From Antedon mediterranea (Eukaryota; Animalia; Echinodermata): a stretch of DNA of 64,000 nucleotides. Positions 1 through 63,948 of this stretch are shown here, piece after piece. The position numbers and the translations under genes are program-made. Below the pieces are notes generated by a model. The model was not told the origin of the DNA, did not search any database, and saw nothing but the letters and a program-made list of their open reading frames with translations. Location: NCBI RefSeq assembly GCF_964355755.1, contig NC_092674.1:22444001-22508000 (forward strand). The letters are read 5' to 3'. Positions within the stretch are counted from its first letter, which is position 1. The number at the start of each line of letters is the position of its first letter.

Positions 1-421
1 TTTCATTTTTACTGAGTCATACTTAATGATAATTGTACTAGGCCCAACCACTCACTTTTCAGTCATTACGGATTGGACCCCATTGGAAATAAGTTTACTT
101 TTTTGTCGACTTAATGGGTTATCCAGGTATTCTTTTAATACATTGTATATTTTAACTTTTTATGTATGAATATCGAATAAAATCAATCAATCAATCAATC
201 AACCTATCGTAAACAATAACAGACACCTCATAATTGTACAAATATAATTTGCTTGCCTACCTGTACAAAACTTTTCTCAAATAGTCTTATACTATATTCA
301 ATTGATAATAGTTTGAATGGTTTTATATGTACAATGTTTGATTATATTGTGTTCTTGTTTACAATTGTAACTTGCAATTTAGATATCACACAGGCAAAAA
401 CAAAGAAAGTGATAAATTTAC

Positions 422-50899
<50,478 letters not shown>

Positions 50900-53800
50900 C
50901 TAAATATAGAAAAAAAGAAAAATAAATAATATGTGCATTAAAAACTTTGTAATGTATTTGATCAGTATTTAAGTCAACATTTAAAAACTCTCTACAAACA
51001 AAATGTAGAACAATAGAATCAATAAATACAAATTTCAATTTATTTTATTTTATTTATTTATTTATTCATTGGTGCATTCATTTTGTATTATGTTTATTGA
51101 AAATGTCTCTTATTGTTGTTCTTTTATTGCCTGATGTAAGTTATGCATATCTCTTTGTTATTACTAACAAGCTCATAAAAGAATGAATGTATGTATATTA
51201 TATTGTTTGTACAATAGCAATAAAATATATATTTCAATTCAATTCAATAAAACTGATGGGGTATATTTTTTTCTAAAATCATTTTATAATTCACATAGTG
51301 CATCTTTATAATATATTACAAACAAATTCTACCTTTTAATACAACATCTAACTTTTCACCACTATTGTTAAGATGACAAAAATAATCTACAGTACAATTA
51401 CTGGATGCATTATACAGGAAAAAATGCCATGTGTACAAGGATAAAAATGTTAATATATGAGATTGCCATTTAATTGGACTTTTTACAATTAAACAATTTG
51501 GACAATTATCCCATCTGAATCCAAGAAAAAAATGTGTTGGTAGGAATACCTTTTTTTTTTTATTTTTACACATTTTCTCCATTTTTCTCTATTTAAATTA
51601 AGCTATTAAGGAAATAAGAATTCACTGTAGTATTGCCATGTCAGGTATTTATGTTGGTTGTTAAGAGAATATGGGTAAAGAAACCCATTAGTAACAAGTG
51701 ACTGAGCTAAGTAATGCTGTTCAGCAACGTCATTCTGTGAGATTTTCAGACCAAGTTTGAATCTAGTATTCACTGATTCTAATTTTAATTATACACAGCT
51801 GAATCTATTGGAACAATTCATGTGAGTCACTGCATCAACTGACTGACCACTATAGCATGTATTTTTCTCATATTTAAGTAAGTATACAACCTTTAATACT
51901 AATATATAATTATTATTACCAACTACAATAATTTTGTAATATAGACAAAAAAAATAGCATTTGATCATATTTACTGTTTCCTGTCTGAAATGTTACTGAT
52001 GAGGGAAATGTAAAGGTTGCTACACATTAGGACGATAACGATTAACGATAATAGTAAGCATACATTTTCTTACATGAAACAAAAAAAATTAGAAACGTTT
52101 TCATTTTAGAACTATGGATAACCATTTAAAATGACTTCATGGTCAAAATATTGATCAATATCAGAGGCAGCACAAAAAGGATCCTATAATTCTAGGATGT
52201 AAACTTCAAATTTATTTTATTTTATGTAAGATTAGCATAATTATCTAGTTGTCGTTCGTTATCTAGTATATGGGTCTTAAATAGTGCGTTTGGCACTTAA
52301 TAACAAATGACACAATGTTCAGTGATGGAGAAATACATTAGGAATGCAGTAATCTCACTGTTGGTTACACCATAGAGGAACCTCCATGGTTACACCAGCA
52401 TTTTGTACAGTCTGTGCCTGGTGTGACTGTATAAACCTCAGAGTTTAGGTGATGGGAAGGGTAATAAAATCAAAATAAAACAGGTTTAATTGAGCTAGTA
52501 TAGGTACTGTATATACTGTAGGAATTAACAATGAAGCTTATTGTTTACAATGTTTATACAAGTATATATCACAAAAATTAACACTTTAAACTAATAAATC
52601 TTAATCAATGTGTCAAAAGCAATTAATAATAATAATAATAATAATTTATTTGGAGATTACACTTTTACAACAGTGGCACTCGACCAAATGGAAGGTGCAT
52701 CCAAGAGAAATATAAAAAAAAAAAAAAACATGATATAGAAAATAACAATTACAATAAAAAGTCGACGTAGGTCAACATGTCAAAACAATTCAACTACAGT
52801 AACTACAATACCATTGAACTGACACCTAAAAATACAAAATATAATATCCAATTACTTTAACCCTATTTAAATTACACAATATATATATATATATATAAAG
52901 GAGGAAGTTAAACAAAACCTAACAAGTAATTGGTTCATAAATCTCTAATCCATAAACTGCTCCATTCATTGGAATGGAATTTGAGTAATTTATCTATGTA
53001 TTAAGATTGCATTAAAGGATCAAGTTTAAGCATAAAACCTGAAGAGGTCGTGCTTATACAGGAATCGTTGGCAAGTGATGATACATGGAGATAAACAGAT
53101 TGGGGATCAATTACAGACAATACAACAACTAGTATAGGAGATATTAAAAAATACACACACAGGATACAGGCAGTTCAGAGATATTCAATTCTATGATTAA
53201 CAATACATGGTAAGGAAGCTTTATATTATTGTTATTGCAGCATTGTAGCATGCGTAACACCATGTTTCTTTGTATTTAACATTTGGTAAACTGATTGCAA
53301 GAAGCCCCAAGGGTAAAATCTATCAAAACAATTAACTCATCACCAAGTTTAAGTTGTTACATGGTGTCCTGGATGATTTATTTGGTTAATGTCTTTTGCA
53401 TGGCTTCTAATAGTGCAATTCTGGGGCATGTTTCTGTTACATGATGCCAGATAGCAATTTGAAAATAGATTTTAAAAATATTATTGCTCCCAGGAATTGC
53501 TCCCAAAAAGTCATGCAAATCCAAGGGTGGGGAGGCGTCACCTGGAACGGTCTAGGCCCCACCTAGATACAGATATATACTATAGGGCATTTTACGTTAC
53601 ATAAAGTAAGTTCAATAATCAATGTCAATCAAGTAATCTTTATTTTAAAAGAATAAAGTTGCACAGCGATCACTGGTTAAATGGCGTTACAACACCCATG
53701 GATACGCTTTAGGAACTGTTATTTTAGAACACTATTTAACAGGTTGGGCCTATTTAAAAATGTTCCTCTTTCTGCTTCCAAAGAAATCATAGGTTCATTC

Positions 53801-54739
53801 ACATGGGATTTAATGTGTTATTTTTGCAACAAGGTTGTATTGTGTGAAAAAACTTTATTCTTTTCATGATAGCATAAAAGACTGATTTTAAACACTTTTA
53901 CTATTTCTAAAATATCGCCATGTTAAATGATATTTGCAAAAGTGACTAAAACTTTTCAAAACATTGGTAAACAGTAAATCATGATGTTCTAAAAAAACTA
54001 CTACTTAAAATTGATCTGAATTAAACAGATATTGAAAAACACTAACCTCATATTTATGTGGCGGATGTTTTATTTATGTAGGCTTTTAATGTCTTTTGTG
54101 TGGTTTCAAGTAAATTACACTTTTTGTAGTGCATCGTATTAATTATTTTCCCATATGTTCATTTCTTTTAATTAATATATGAAATAAAATTATTGCAAAT
54201 GTATTAACAAATCATAACAATTTAAAATATTTGAATAAAATCCTCCTTAGGTGTATTTGTTGGAAAGATCCAATGAATATACATTCATAAAATAAAAGGA
54301 GTGCCCGTTTGTACTTCTGTAGAACGATAACAATCAACCTCCAATAAGTAGATAATACAAAAGACAAACAAAATAAAAAAGTTTTCCTATTTATGTTGTC
54401 CAATCAGATAACATAGTAAGAGCAATAATAATGTGATGACACAACATTTTATTGATCATGAAATCATTTGATTGAATTTTAAAAAATATTACACATTTTT
54501 ATAAAAAATCTACAGTTCTAGAATAAAATTGTTTTTCTCTCTTTTGCTTTATGCAAGTGAAATAATTATGTATTTATCGTTGATGGTTATCGTCCTCTCA
54601 TATACATGCATTATGACTCCAAATAAGTGCTTTCTACCTTTTAAAAAACTCTCATGTTATTACATAATGATGTATCTTATGAAAATAAAATTGAAGTTTA
54701 AACATTCAAATTGATCTGTTTGAACATTTTAAAGAAGTT

Positions 54740-54963
54740 TAGTAAGTGGTTTATTTTTTGTAAAGTGTTAGTGTAAAGCACTTGGAAGAGAAGGGGTATA
54801 ACTGGCAGGCAACTAGTAAGTGGTTTATTTTTTGTAAAGTGTTAGTGTAAAGCACTTGGAAGAGAAGGGGTATAACTGGCAGGCAACTAGTAAGTGGTTT
54901 ATTTTTTGTAAAGTGTTAGTGTAAAGCACTTGGAAGAGAAGGGGTATAACTGGCAGGCAACTA
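54740..54963. repeat. 74-bp tandem repeat, 3 copies
   Basis: AGTAAGTGGT recurs at 54741, 54815 and 54889; copies look identical. Confidence 0.95.
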
Positions 54964-55921
54964 CTGCCTTAATGAAAGAAATAATATGATTTAATTAGAA
55001 TCTATGAGGAAAATCGTTAAAATACATAAAAAGTGGTCGATAACAATAATTACTGACACTGCAAATAAACATGTTTATAAAAAAATTTCCAGGATAGGCC
55101 AAAAACCTTATTAGCTTATATCTGTATATTATTATTTCCTGTGTCAAAATAAACGTATTAATACAAAGATATAACAGTAAACAAAATAATCCAATCGAAA
55201 ATAATCACGTTTTTGCGACTTTGTGTTATATTCGTATACCAGCTTTAATAATAGTACAAACCGATAACATTTTACAGTGTCCATAAAACATATTTTTAAA
55301 TATGTTTTATGGGTCTAACTATATTCACAAATGAGTGAATATGCACTTAAATATTCATATGTAGTAATGTACATTTAACAAATTATATTTTAAATTTATA
55401 TCATAAAATGTTATGATGTTATTGTACAGTAGTACTAGTAGAAAGAGTTTTAATAATGTCATTTGCTTTCACAGAATTAATCTCATTCTTTCTTGATTTA
55501 ACTTCTGGATAAGTCTATCAAAACTAGTTTTTGACTGCCAAAATTGGATGGTTATTTATGACCCTGTAGGAAAAATGTTGGCCATGGGTGATATTTGATC
55601 ATGAAAAGTCTTTATTTGAAGGAAGTTTTTAAATGTGGGGCTCCTAATTGGAAGGCGACCTAAATACTAATGATAACAAATAGTTAAGCAATTGGATCAA
55701 CACAAATCCATATTAACATTTAGTTTCATATTTGAACGGTTATAAAAGGATTCACTTCGTTTTACCTTTACTTTATCCAATTGCTTCCTGTATCGCAGGC
55801 ACAATAAAACAGGAAGATAGTCAAATCCATGGCTATAGCCTTGGAATGAATTGAACAGAACGCTATTGTACAAAAGCACTATAATTGGCATCAGGAGACA
55901 TCACAGGACTATCATTAAACT

Positions 55922-55929
55922 ATGAATAA
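55922..55929 (+). CDS. Probable first coding micro-exon (ATG AAT AA) of the Ig receptor
   Basis: ATGAATAA|GTAAGT is a consensus donor in phase 2, matching the phase-2 acceptor at 57879. It gives MNNLVTSILYFLMIES..., which is signal-peptide-like. Confidence 0.6.
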
Positions 55930-56171
55930 GTAAGTGTTCACATTTTTTCTTCAATTTATATCAAACTAAAAGTTAATTTTTGTTTCTTTCCAATAGTTAT
56001 TTATTGTTCTCTTTCTGGTTCCCAGGGGAATATAGACATATTGCAGAGAATATAATTTCATGTAGGCTAAATGTCTACTAAATTTTTGTGATTACCATTA
56101 TTGTGGATATGAGTTGTATACTGATGTTATGCATTAAAAATGTAACTGGTACCTATTAATATTATGTATAT

Positions 56172-56452
56172 ACAGTGGAACCGTAATCACGTAGCCATAA
56201 CATCGGCAGGGGTTCGAGGCTCACTCACTCCATGGTTCTGGTGGTAGAACAAGTCTACTCGGATAAAAACTATAAACTGTAGTCTCGTGTGCACTTTAAA
56301 AAACCTACTGTAGTACATCTTTCGAGACGAGTAGGGGGTTACCCCGGTGTATTAGTACATCACAGCCACTGATCACCAACTGGGCCCTCTGGGAGATCAG
56401 TCTTTGACTGAAGAGGTCACCCAGTATAAAGATAAAACAAACAAAACAAACA
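56172..56452 (+). mobile_element. 5'-truncated copy of the tRNA/Deu SINE
   Basis: High similarity to 1350-1560, followed by a different 3' region and an AAAC tail. Confidence 0.8.
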
Positions 56453-57878
56453 ATATTTTAAGGCTTGAAATTTCCATATACAGTATGAGGCAGATACCAG
56501 GGTATGTTGATAGACGTATGTTATACTCTAAGGTTATACTATACTAGAAATCCTTGTTCAAAGGGGGAATAAGAATAATATTGAATTTTAATGAAATATC
56601 TATCTTTAAAAACCATTTCAATTTAAACATGTAAGCAGAGTTTGAAACTGATTTTTGTTGTTCAAACAGTTTCAACACAAATAAGTTTGCATGTTCACAA
56701 CCAAGTTTAGCACCTGTTTGGTCTTTCCGTGCCTCCTTTTAATTGTTTTGTCCTCTTTGTTTATGTATATGGCAGAAATTGAATAAATAAAAAAAAAAAA
56801 AAAAAACACTTTTGCAAATCTAACACTCAAACACATGTTTGAATGCGAATAGCAATTCACATTTTTTTAAATTGAAGTGATCAGCAATGATTTGTCAACA
56901 GTTTTATTTGTAATTTCTGTTTTTGCTACACAACACTTTACTGTTTATTATTTAAAAACAATTATAAAAAAAAAATATATAATTTCTGTTTTTTTGTGCT
57001 CTTAAAAAATTCATATTCAATAAAAATCGTTCAGACAAATGGTCATCGACGAAAAATGTTAGCATTACTCAAATACAATGCGCTCAGGATGGTAAATGTT
57101 AGAAAACTCAAGGTCAACAGCAGTCAATCAAATAACCATGATTTTGTGTTATAGCTAAGTTGCACAGCGATAACTTAAATATTTAATGTTCCAACACACA
57201 TTGGGTGATTTTAACCATTCTTTTGAGAAGCAATTTAACTGCTTATTTGAATTTTCTGCTGTCATGAAATAGGAGGACATTTTTTATCTATTCACACAGT
57301 TATTAATAAGGGGTTTTTTGTAGCAGAAATAGGTAGCCTACTACTGAGTTAGAAAATGACAGTAGTTTTTATTCAAACAGTTTCTAACCTTCATGCCTGT
57401 CATATCTAGAGCAGGCAGTTTACCTTGGTTTCTTCATACTCAATGTCAGTAGACAAATCCAGAACCACTTAGTGAAATTGGAAACAAATGTTTGAGCAAC
57501 AAAAATTACATTCAAAAATTGTTCTTAAATCTCTGAAAAGTTTTTCAGTAGATATTTAACATTCTGTTATGCGGGTTCTCAACAGTTTTCTAGTGACGGT
57601 CTTGTAGTAATTTATAAAAAAAAAATCTTGCGCCCCAGATAGAGTATAGCGTTATGGGTGGGTTTGAGCCTTGGAGAATCTCATGGGATTTCAGGATATT
57701 ACATCTTTTTTATTTACTTATTTTTTAGCAATAACTCTTTGCGTGCCGTACCATATTAAGTGCACTCTAAAGGCGCATTTGGTTTTTGCCTCGGCTGTTG
57801 AGAACCCCAATTTTACAATTTTTTGTTGAATTTCTTTCACATTAAAAAAATTATAGTTTTTTTTTTCTACTCTTTTAG

Positions 57879-59283
57879 CCTGGTAACTAGCATTCTCTAT
57901 TTCCTAATGATTGAATCTACAATTTACAAGTCATATGGATCCCCAACTTGTCACCCGTCGAGGTCAACTTGGAAGGAAACTGATGACCCAGCAGTATGTA
58001 TAGTGGATAACAACAACCCAGCACCACAGTTTAGTATTAATGGTATAGAGGTTCCAAGCAATAGAATTAGTACTACACGAAATGGCCCTACTACAGAACA
58101 CCGATACCAACCATCACGATATGATAGTGGTCAAATTATGTTGTGTTCTGTTTTTGATAGCATGAATTGTACATTTGAATTCACAACAGTTGTCTACATG
58201 CCAAATGTTACGGTAACCAGGCTGTCACAGGATGAATTTTCATGTACTGTTGATGCAAACCCTTTGACTACTATTTTTTGGACCTCTGACCCAGATTACA
58301 TCCTTCGATTTACAAACAAGGGAAATACCAAAACTCATTCTTCCAAGTCTGTTTTAATTGTAAATGACCCATCCAGGATTTCAGATGACACAACTTTTAC
58401 ATGTTCTATGAGTAATGACATGGGATATGATAGTGTGACAATATCATATAAGACTATGACATCAACAACTGAAATTAACACTGACGAAGAAAATGTTACT
58501 ATTGAAAACGTAGGCCTATCCACAAGCACGCGGTTTCCTTTAACCAAAAACCCTAATGACAGCCGCGGTTCACCAACTGTTAATTGGACAGTTGCAAAAA
58601 GTGAGAATACGTCTACCTCTAAGAAATCAATATCTTTGTTGATGATATTAGCAATCATTGGCGGTATATTATGTTTGTTAATATTAGTGTTAATTGGTTT
58701 GCACATTCACAAACACTCTTATGACAGTCGCCGCAATACCGAAACCAAAAACGATGAAAATTCAGACCCTATTTATGCAGAGTTAAACATAATTAATATA
58801 CCGCAAAATAACACAGAACAAAATTATACTTCAGTAATAGACCCTGTTGCTACAACGAGTATTATCAGCAACCATTATGAACAATTGCCAGAAATTATTT
58901 CTAATCACGTAGAAACTCCAAGTGATCCAACACTTGAACAGTCTTCGTTCAATGATTCTGAGTGTGTAGACCAAGTTGAATGTACTATTCAAGAGCTGGA
59001 CAGTACCCCGTCAGAAAACAGTCCAGAGGAAGCGCCCTCATACTTTGTACTCGAGAAAGATGATGAGGAAGAGGAAAATGTTACTATTTATGAAGATATT
59101 AATGATAAACAAATTAATAACAATCAAAACGATGATAATGATTTGGATGATCAAAGACGTCTTAGTTCTACAGTACCGGCGGATGACAGTAATATTTATG
59201 CTGAAATTGGAAATATTAGTAAAGACTTTGTAGACCATGAAAATGAGATATATGAATCTATTGAAGCCAAGACACAAGAGTAA
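57879..59283 (+). CDS. Type I membrane IgSF receptor: two Ig-like domains, S/T stalk, TM helix, acidic tyrosine-motif tail (main exon)
   Basis: Polypyrimidine tract and AG at 57877-57878, then an open frame to TAA. Ig motifs VC..NNPAP..DSGQIMLC and FSCTVDANP..IFW..FTC..N.MG. TM LLMILAIIGGILCLLILVLIGL. Tail motifs IYAEL, NYTSV, HYEQL, SYFVL, IYEDI, IYAEI, IYESI. Confidence 0.88.
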
Positions 59284-60228
59284 TAAGTACCTTTTTGTTT
59301 TTTGGCAGACTTAAAAACATTAAAAACATTTAATGATAATTAAATTTGAGGAAATCGTTTCTTTTATTTAACATTTTTGTATATCTGCTATGGAGATTTC
59401 ATTGGGAACATCTCAGGTTTGTTGTTCTCAGTTGCCCCTGGATTTTGTATCCCAGGTCTCGGCAGGTTAAAAGTGTGAATATATCTACAATTTCTCATCC
59501 CTATTTATGGTTTTGACCTTTTTTCTAATGGTGATGACATCATTCATCTGCTTCATAAACAAATACTGCTTTAATAATAATTTACTTTAAATGATTAGGT
59601 CTATTATTGGTCTGTTATAGCTGACATTAGACGGAGAACAACAAAAATCCGACGGGAGGTTGCATCGTTTTATCCCACCATAATAATTACAACTATAACA
59701 CAATTCTGAATATCACTGTATTACTGTGCATCTTCCTATAATATTAATAATGTTGTAGAGTTATTATTTATAATATATTTTTCTTTTAGTTTATTTCCTA
59801 TATGAAATTTCTTAATCCGATAATATTATTAATAATTTTTGGCTGTGAAAACATTACAGCTTATACAACATTTTTACCATCTGTTATAATTTACGATAAA
59901 AAAAAACCCAGTTCTAACATCATAAAATTAGGTTAGAAATTATTCATGGTTGACTCATGAAACTACATCATTGTGAAACAATAGAAGGTTAAAGAGTAAC
60001 ATAATTATTTGGCCTGTTTTTACCGCCTGCAAATAACTGGTTAAATTGAGTGTGGCTACTTGGAAGTAGAAACGGTGTTTAAAATGGCATTCTTAAAATT
60101 AATGACACCAAAATGCTTGCCATTTATTTATTTATTCTGTTTATTTATTCAGGTTTATAGTAAAAATATGCAGTCAGGAAGGCTGAAATTGTTGATTTAC
60201 AAAAATATATATATATATATATATATAT

Positions 60229-60270
60229 TTGCACTGATGAAGGGCTAGTGTTGCCTGAAAGCTCTGCTAA
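60229..60270 (+). ncRNA. Minimal type I hammerhead ribozyme motif in a Penelope-like fragment (60229-60395)
   Basis: GCA-CTGATGA-AGGGCTAGTGTTGCCT-GAAA-GC-TC-TGC, identical core to the 19051 copy; element flanked by (TA)n on both sides. Confidence 0.7.
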
Positions 60271-60392
60271 CTTTTCTGGCTGTTTACTTTATCGTTTTGA
60301 TTTAGCTTTTCGCTTTTTATTTTTGTATCTCCATTGAGATCCAGCCACTGATACCCACAGCATTGTCATTTTTTTCAGTAATTTGCCTTTGG

Positions 60393-60430
<38 letters not shown>

Positions 60431-60739
60431 AATTACAAATGTATACTATATAAAATAAGTTTGATCAAATATTTAAAATTTTATAAAAAAATACAATTTT
60501 TAAAAGACAGTTAAAAGTTGAGTTAAATCTTCTATAAAATTTAAATAAAAAATGCATATTATAAATAGCTTCGCAGCGTGTGATCAATTTAATTACTGTT
60601 TAAATTTAGGATTCTACTTATAGTAAAGGCAGGCGAGGTCTTAAGATGGTTGGTCCTATTAACAGGTACATTAAATAGGGGTTTATCTACCAAGGTTGAT
60701 GTAAGCTCTCTAGTAATAATGCGGTAGTCAAGCAGAATA

Positions 60740-61137
60740 AAGGCCCATTTACACTAGGACAATAACGATGGACGATAAATATATAAACATGCATTTTTTT
60801 TACATAAAACAAAATAAATTAGAAAGGTTTTCGTTCTAGAACTATAGGATAATCATTTATGCTGTCTTTGATAATAATAATATTTTTAAAATTCCAATCA
60901 AATGACGTCATGATAAATAAAAACAATAAAATCGTTGTATTGTCACGATATTATTGCTCTTACTAATCATGACGTCATTGATTGGACGTGTGAAAATATC
61001 ATTTTCATCAAAGGAAGCATAGAAGGTTATTCTATAGTTCTAGAATGAACAGTTTTTATATTTCTTTTGTTTTATGTATGAAAAATGCATTTGTCTATTT
61101 ATCGTCGATCGTTATCGTCCTAGTGTAAATGGGTCTT
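60740..61137. mobile_element. MITE, copy of the 9450 family
   Basis: Near-identical body and TIRs. Confidence 0.85.
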
Positions 61138-61685
61138 GACCGATAATTAACATTTATAGGTAAAGCACCAAATTCATACAGCTTTGCTGATTTTTTTTTT
61201 CTTTTTGGCTTCTCAAATAACTTGTGTTTCCCCCTCTTCCTAATGATACAAAATGGATCAGTTACCGGAATTCAGTTTTTATTCCCAGCAGAAGAAACAT
61301 GTCCTTAGATCCTTCTGGATAATATAATATATTTGTATTAAATTGAATTACAAGTTTAAATAATGCTATAGTAAATCAAATGTAAATAATTTGCCATATT
61401 TATTTGTCATATTTATGTTATGATTTATCAATATTAATAATGATTTTAACAGTGACTTATTTGTGTCATTTATTTTAATATTTTTTACCTCAAATGTAAT
61501 TTAGATTACAGATTGTAAGATTTGATGACAAACCTTATAATTTAATTTTGAGTAAATATCGTATAAAATGGTATGGATTTACTATTTAATGTAATAAGGT
61601 GTAAAGTTTATTTCCTAATTCTAAATCTTCATCATCGTAATTTCTACAATCAACATATTGATTATTACGAAACAAGATGCCTACT

Positions 61686-61975
61686 TTAAAGATGTATTGT
61701 CCCCCAAAAACATGAAAAATGAAGATTAATTAAATCAGACTTTGAATAGGTTATTTTGTAGTTTTAATTAAGTTAATTACTTCCGTAGAAAAAAAAAACC
61801 GAAAAAATTTTCAATTTGACCATTTTTTGCTTTAAATTCCAGTTTTTTCAGGTAAATAAATTTGTTTTGGATTCAATTTTTAGTCGAAGTCAATAACTAT
61901 TATGTGACATTAGAATGGCATACTCAACAACAAAAATTTTATAAATTATTTTTCAGGGAGACAATACATCTTTAA
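61686..61975. mobile_element. TTAA-flanked MITE (Kolobok-like), shorter relative of 49285
   Basis: TTAA|AGATGTATTGTCCCC ... GGGAGACAATACATCT|TTAA. Confidence 0.78.
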
Positions 61976-61979
61976 GTAG

Positions 61980-62192
61980 TGGCTGTGTGTGACAGTGGTG
62001 TGAATTAGTACACTGGGGTAACTACTTGTCTCGAAAGATGTACTAGGTTCTTTAAGCACACTGGACATAACGTGTATAGTCCTAATCCAAGAAGAATTGT
62101 TCTACCACCCGAACAATGGAGCGAATGCAGCTCGAACCCTTGCCGATACTATGGTTACTGTATGTATTACATTTTCGCTGTCTTAACCACTC
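61980..62192 (-). mobile_element. tRNA/Deu SINE copy
   Basis: TCTCGAAAGATGTACTAGGTTCTTTAA...CTCGAACCCTTGCCGAT...GTCTTAACC is the reverse complement of the 1322 SINE. Confidence 0.75.
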
Positions 62193-62399
62193 CATAAAAA
62201 AGTTATTTATATGTATAATTTTAGTGAATAGATATAAAAAAAATGATTTTAACACAAGTTTTAAAAGATTTCAATTTGTTCTATCAGATGTTGCCATTAT
62301 TTAGAAAACTCAAGCAACTCATACACTTTTTATAACTCATCATCTTGGTAATTTTTTTTAAAATAAAGTACCAATTTAAAGAGATTTAATTATGTAAAT

Positions 62400-62680
62400 C
62401 ATTTATTTATTTATTATTACTTGTATAGTGCACATTTATACAACATTTAATTATAAATCAGCAGCGTTTCACATCAATTAGTATCGTAACATTGTTTGAA
62501 ATATAGTGCCTTTAAATGTTTTTAAATTGATTATTAGTCGTCTAAGTGTTTAATGTGACTTGGTAAACTGTTCCAAATTTTGGGTCGTGCTACGGCAAAC
62601 GAACGGTCAGCAAATTTCTTTCGTTTAGTTCGTGGGATTGTCAGGTTAACATTGCTGGTGCTTGAACGTGTACTGCGAGA
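62400..62680 (-). mobile_element. L2/CR1-type LINE 3' end
   Basis: Translates TRSSTSNVNLTIPRTKRKKFADRSFAVARPKIWNSLPSHIK, followed by a (TAAA)n-type tail. Confidence 0.75.
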
Positions 62681-63940
62681 AACATTAATTATAACTGATG
62701 TCTCAAAATATTAGTATACAGTGACAGGGAGACGAAACATTTTGAGGTGCTGAAAATCACATAGCTATATTTAAAATTGAAATCTGCTGAAAATTTTCCA
62801 CAAGATGAGGACAGAATAAACTTGAACATTAGAAATTTAAATAAAATATTTAAAAGATTTTTGAGATTTAAAATGTGCAAACAAAAATGGGATAAATTAA
62901 AAGCTGACAATTTTTTTAATTTTTTTTTTGGGCAATGCCAGCCAGTATATATTGTTGTATATATACATTTTGATTTAAATAATCTTCATCTTTATAGTAT
63001 GATATTGATGGTTGATGGAAGTTACAAAAATAATCTTTTTACTGATCTTTTTTCTTATAAATAAAATTGTTTGTTTTTCTGATAAAAGAAATAGAAGTAG
63101 TTTTATTAAAAGAAGAAGATTATCCTATCACAAATAATTTACAATATTATGTATCGATCATTTTTATAATAAATAGAATTGGCATAAAATAACTTAATTT
63201 ATTTTTCTTGTCGAATGAAAAACTAGAATATAAATAGAAAATGGAACAAATTTCAAATTCTACAACCTATTTGTTTAAAACATTATGCATAAGGAAACTA
63301 TAAATTTTACAATTATATATTTTCAAAGAAAACAAGCATATTTCTACAGCTAATGGTCAGGCCTTGTCTTTTAAGGCGGGTGAGTGCGATCACTCACCTA
63401 AAACACTCCTAAACAGCCCTTGAGGAGTGCGATTTACAAGTTACAACACGCTTAAATACAAACAGCACACCTACAAGAGTGCAATTTGTAGCACACCTAT
63501 AATTTTCAAAAGATAAGGCCGGAATGGTATGATGTGCAATTTTCAGATTGAAAGTACTGTATACCATACACCTTTATCAATTGGGTATGACATCACAAGT
63601 ATAGTTGTTTTTCTAACTCCAAGAATATGTCTGCTGCACCTATAAGTTAGCATAAACCAGTACGCTAATATATACAACAATTTAAATAATGTAAACAAAG
63701 TAAAATCATACAAATTAGCTAAAAAAATTAAAGAAAAAAAAACGACTTGTTGTGCCAAAGATGCCATTAAATCCAATTTCCAAGTAACCTTCCAACATTA
63801 TCTTGTTTTACATATTTATTATTATTATTGCTTCCTGTAGTGTAACACAACATTGGAATAGTATTAAACAGAAAATGCTTAGGTTGTATGGAAGCAACAT
63901 CGTATTTGTATCAGGAAACGAAATACCACATCATATCACT

Positions 63941-63948
63941 ATGAATAA
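63941..63948 (+). CDS. Probable start micro-exon of a downstream paralogous gene
   Basis: ACTATGAATAA|GTAAGTG plus about 35 nt of intron closely resembles 55919-55970. Confidence 0.45.

Noticed and set aside
58335-59277. Antisense and alternate-frame ORFs within the Ig receptor exon
   Set aside because: Short shadow frames with no independent features.
63543-63776. Minus-strand ORF as signal-peptide exon of the VWD gene
   Set aside because: Hydrophobicity is explained by T-rich sequence; no convincing donor or link to downstream exons.
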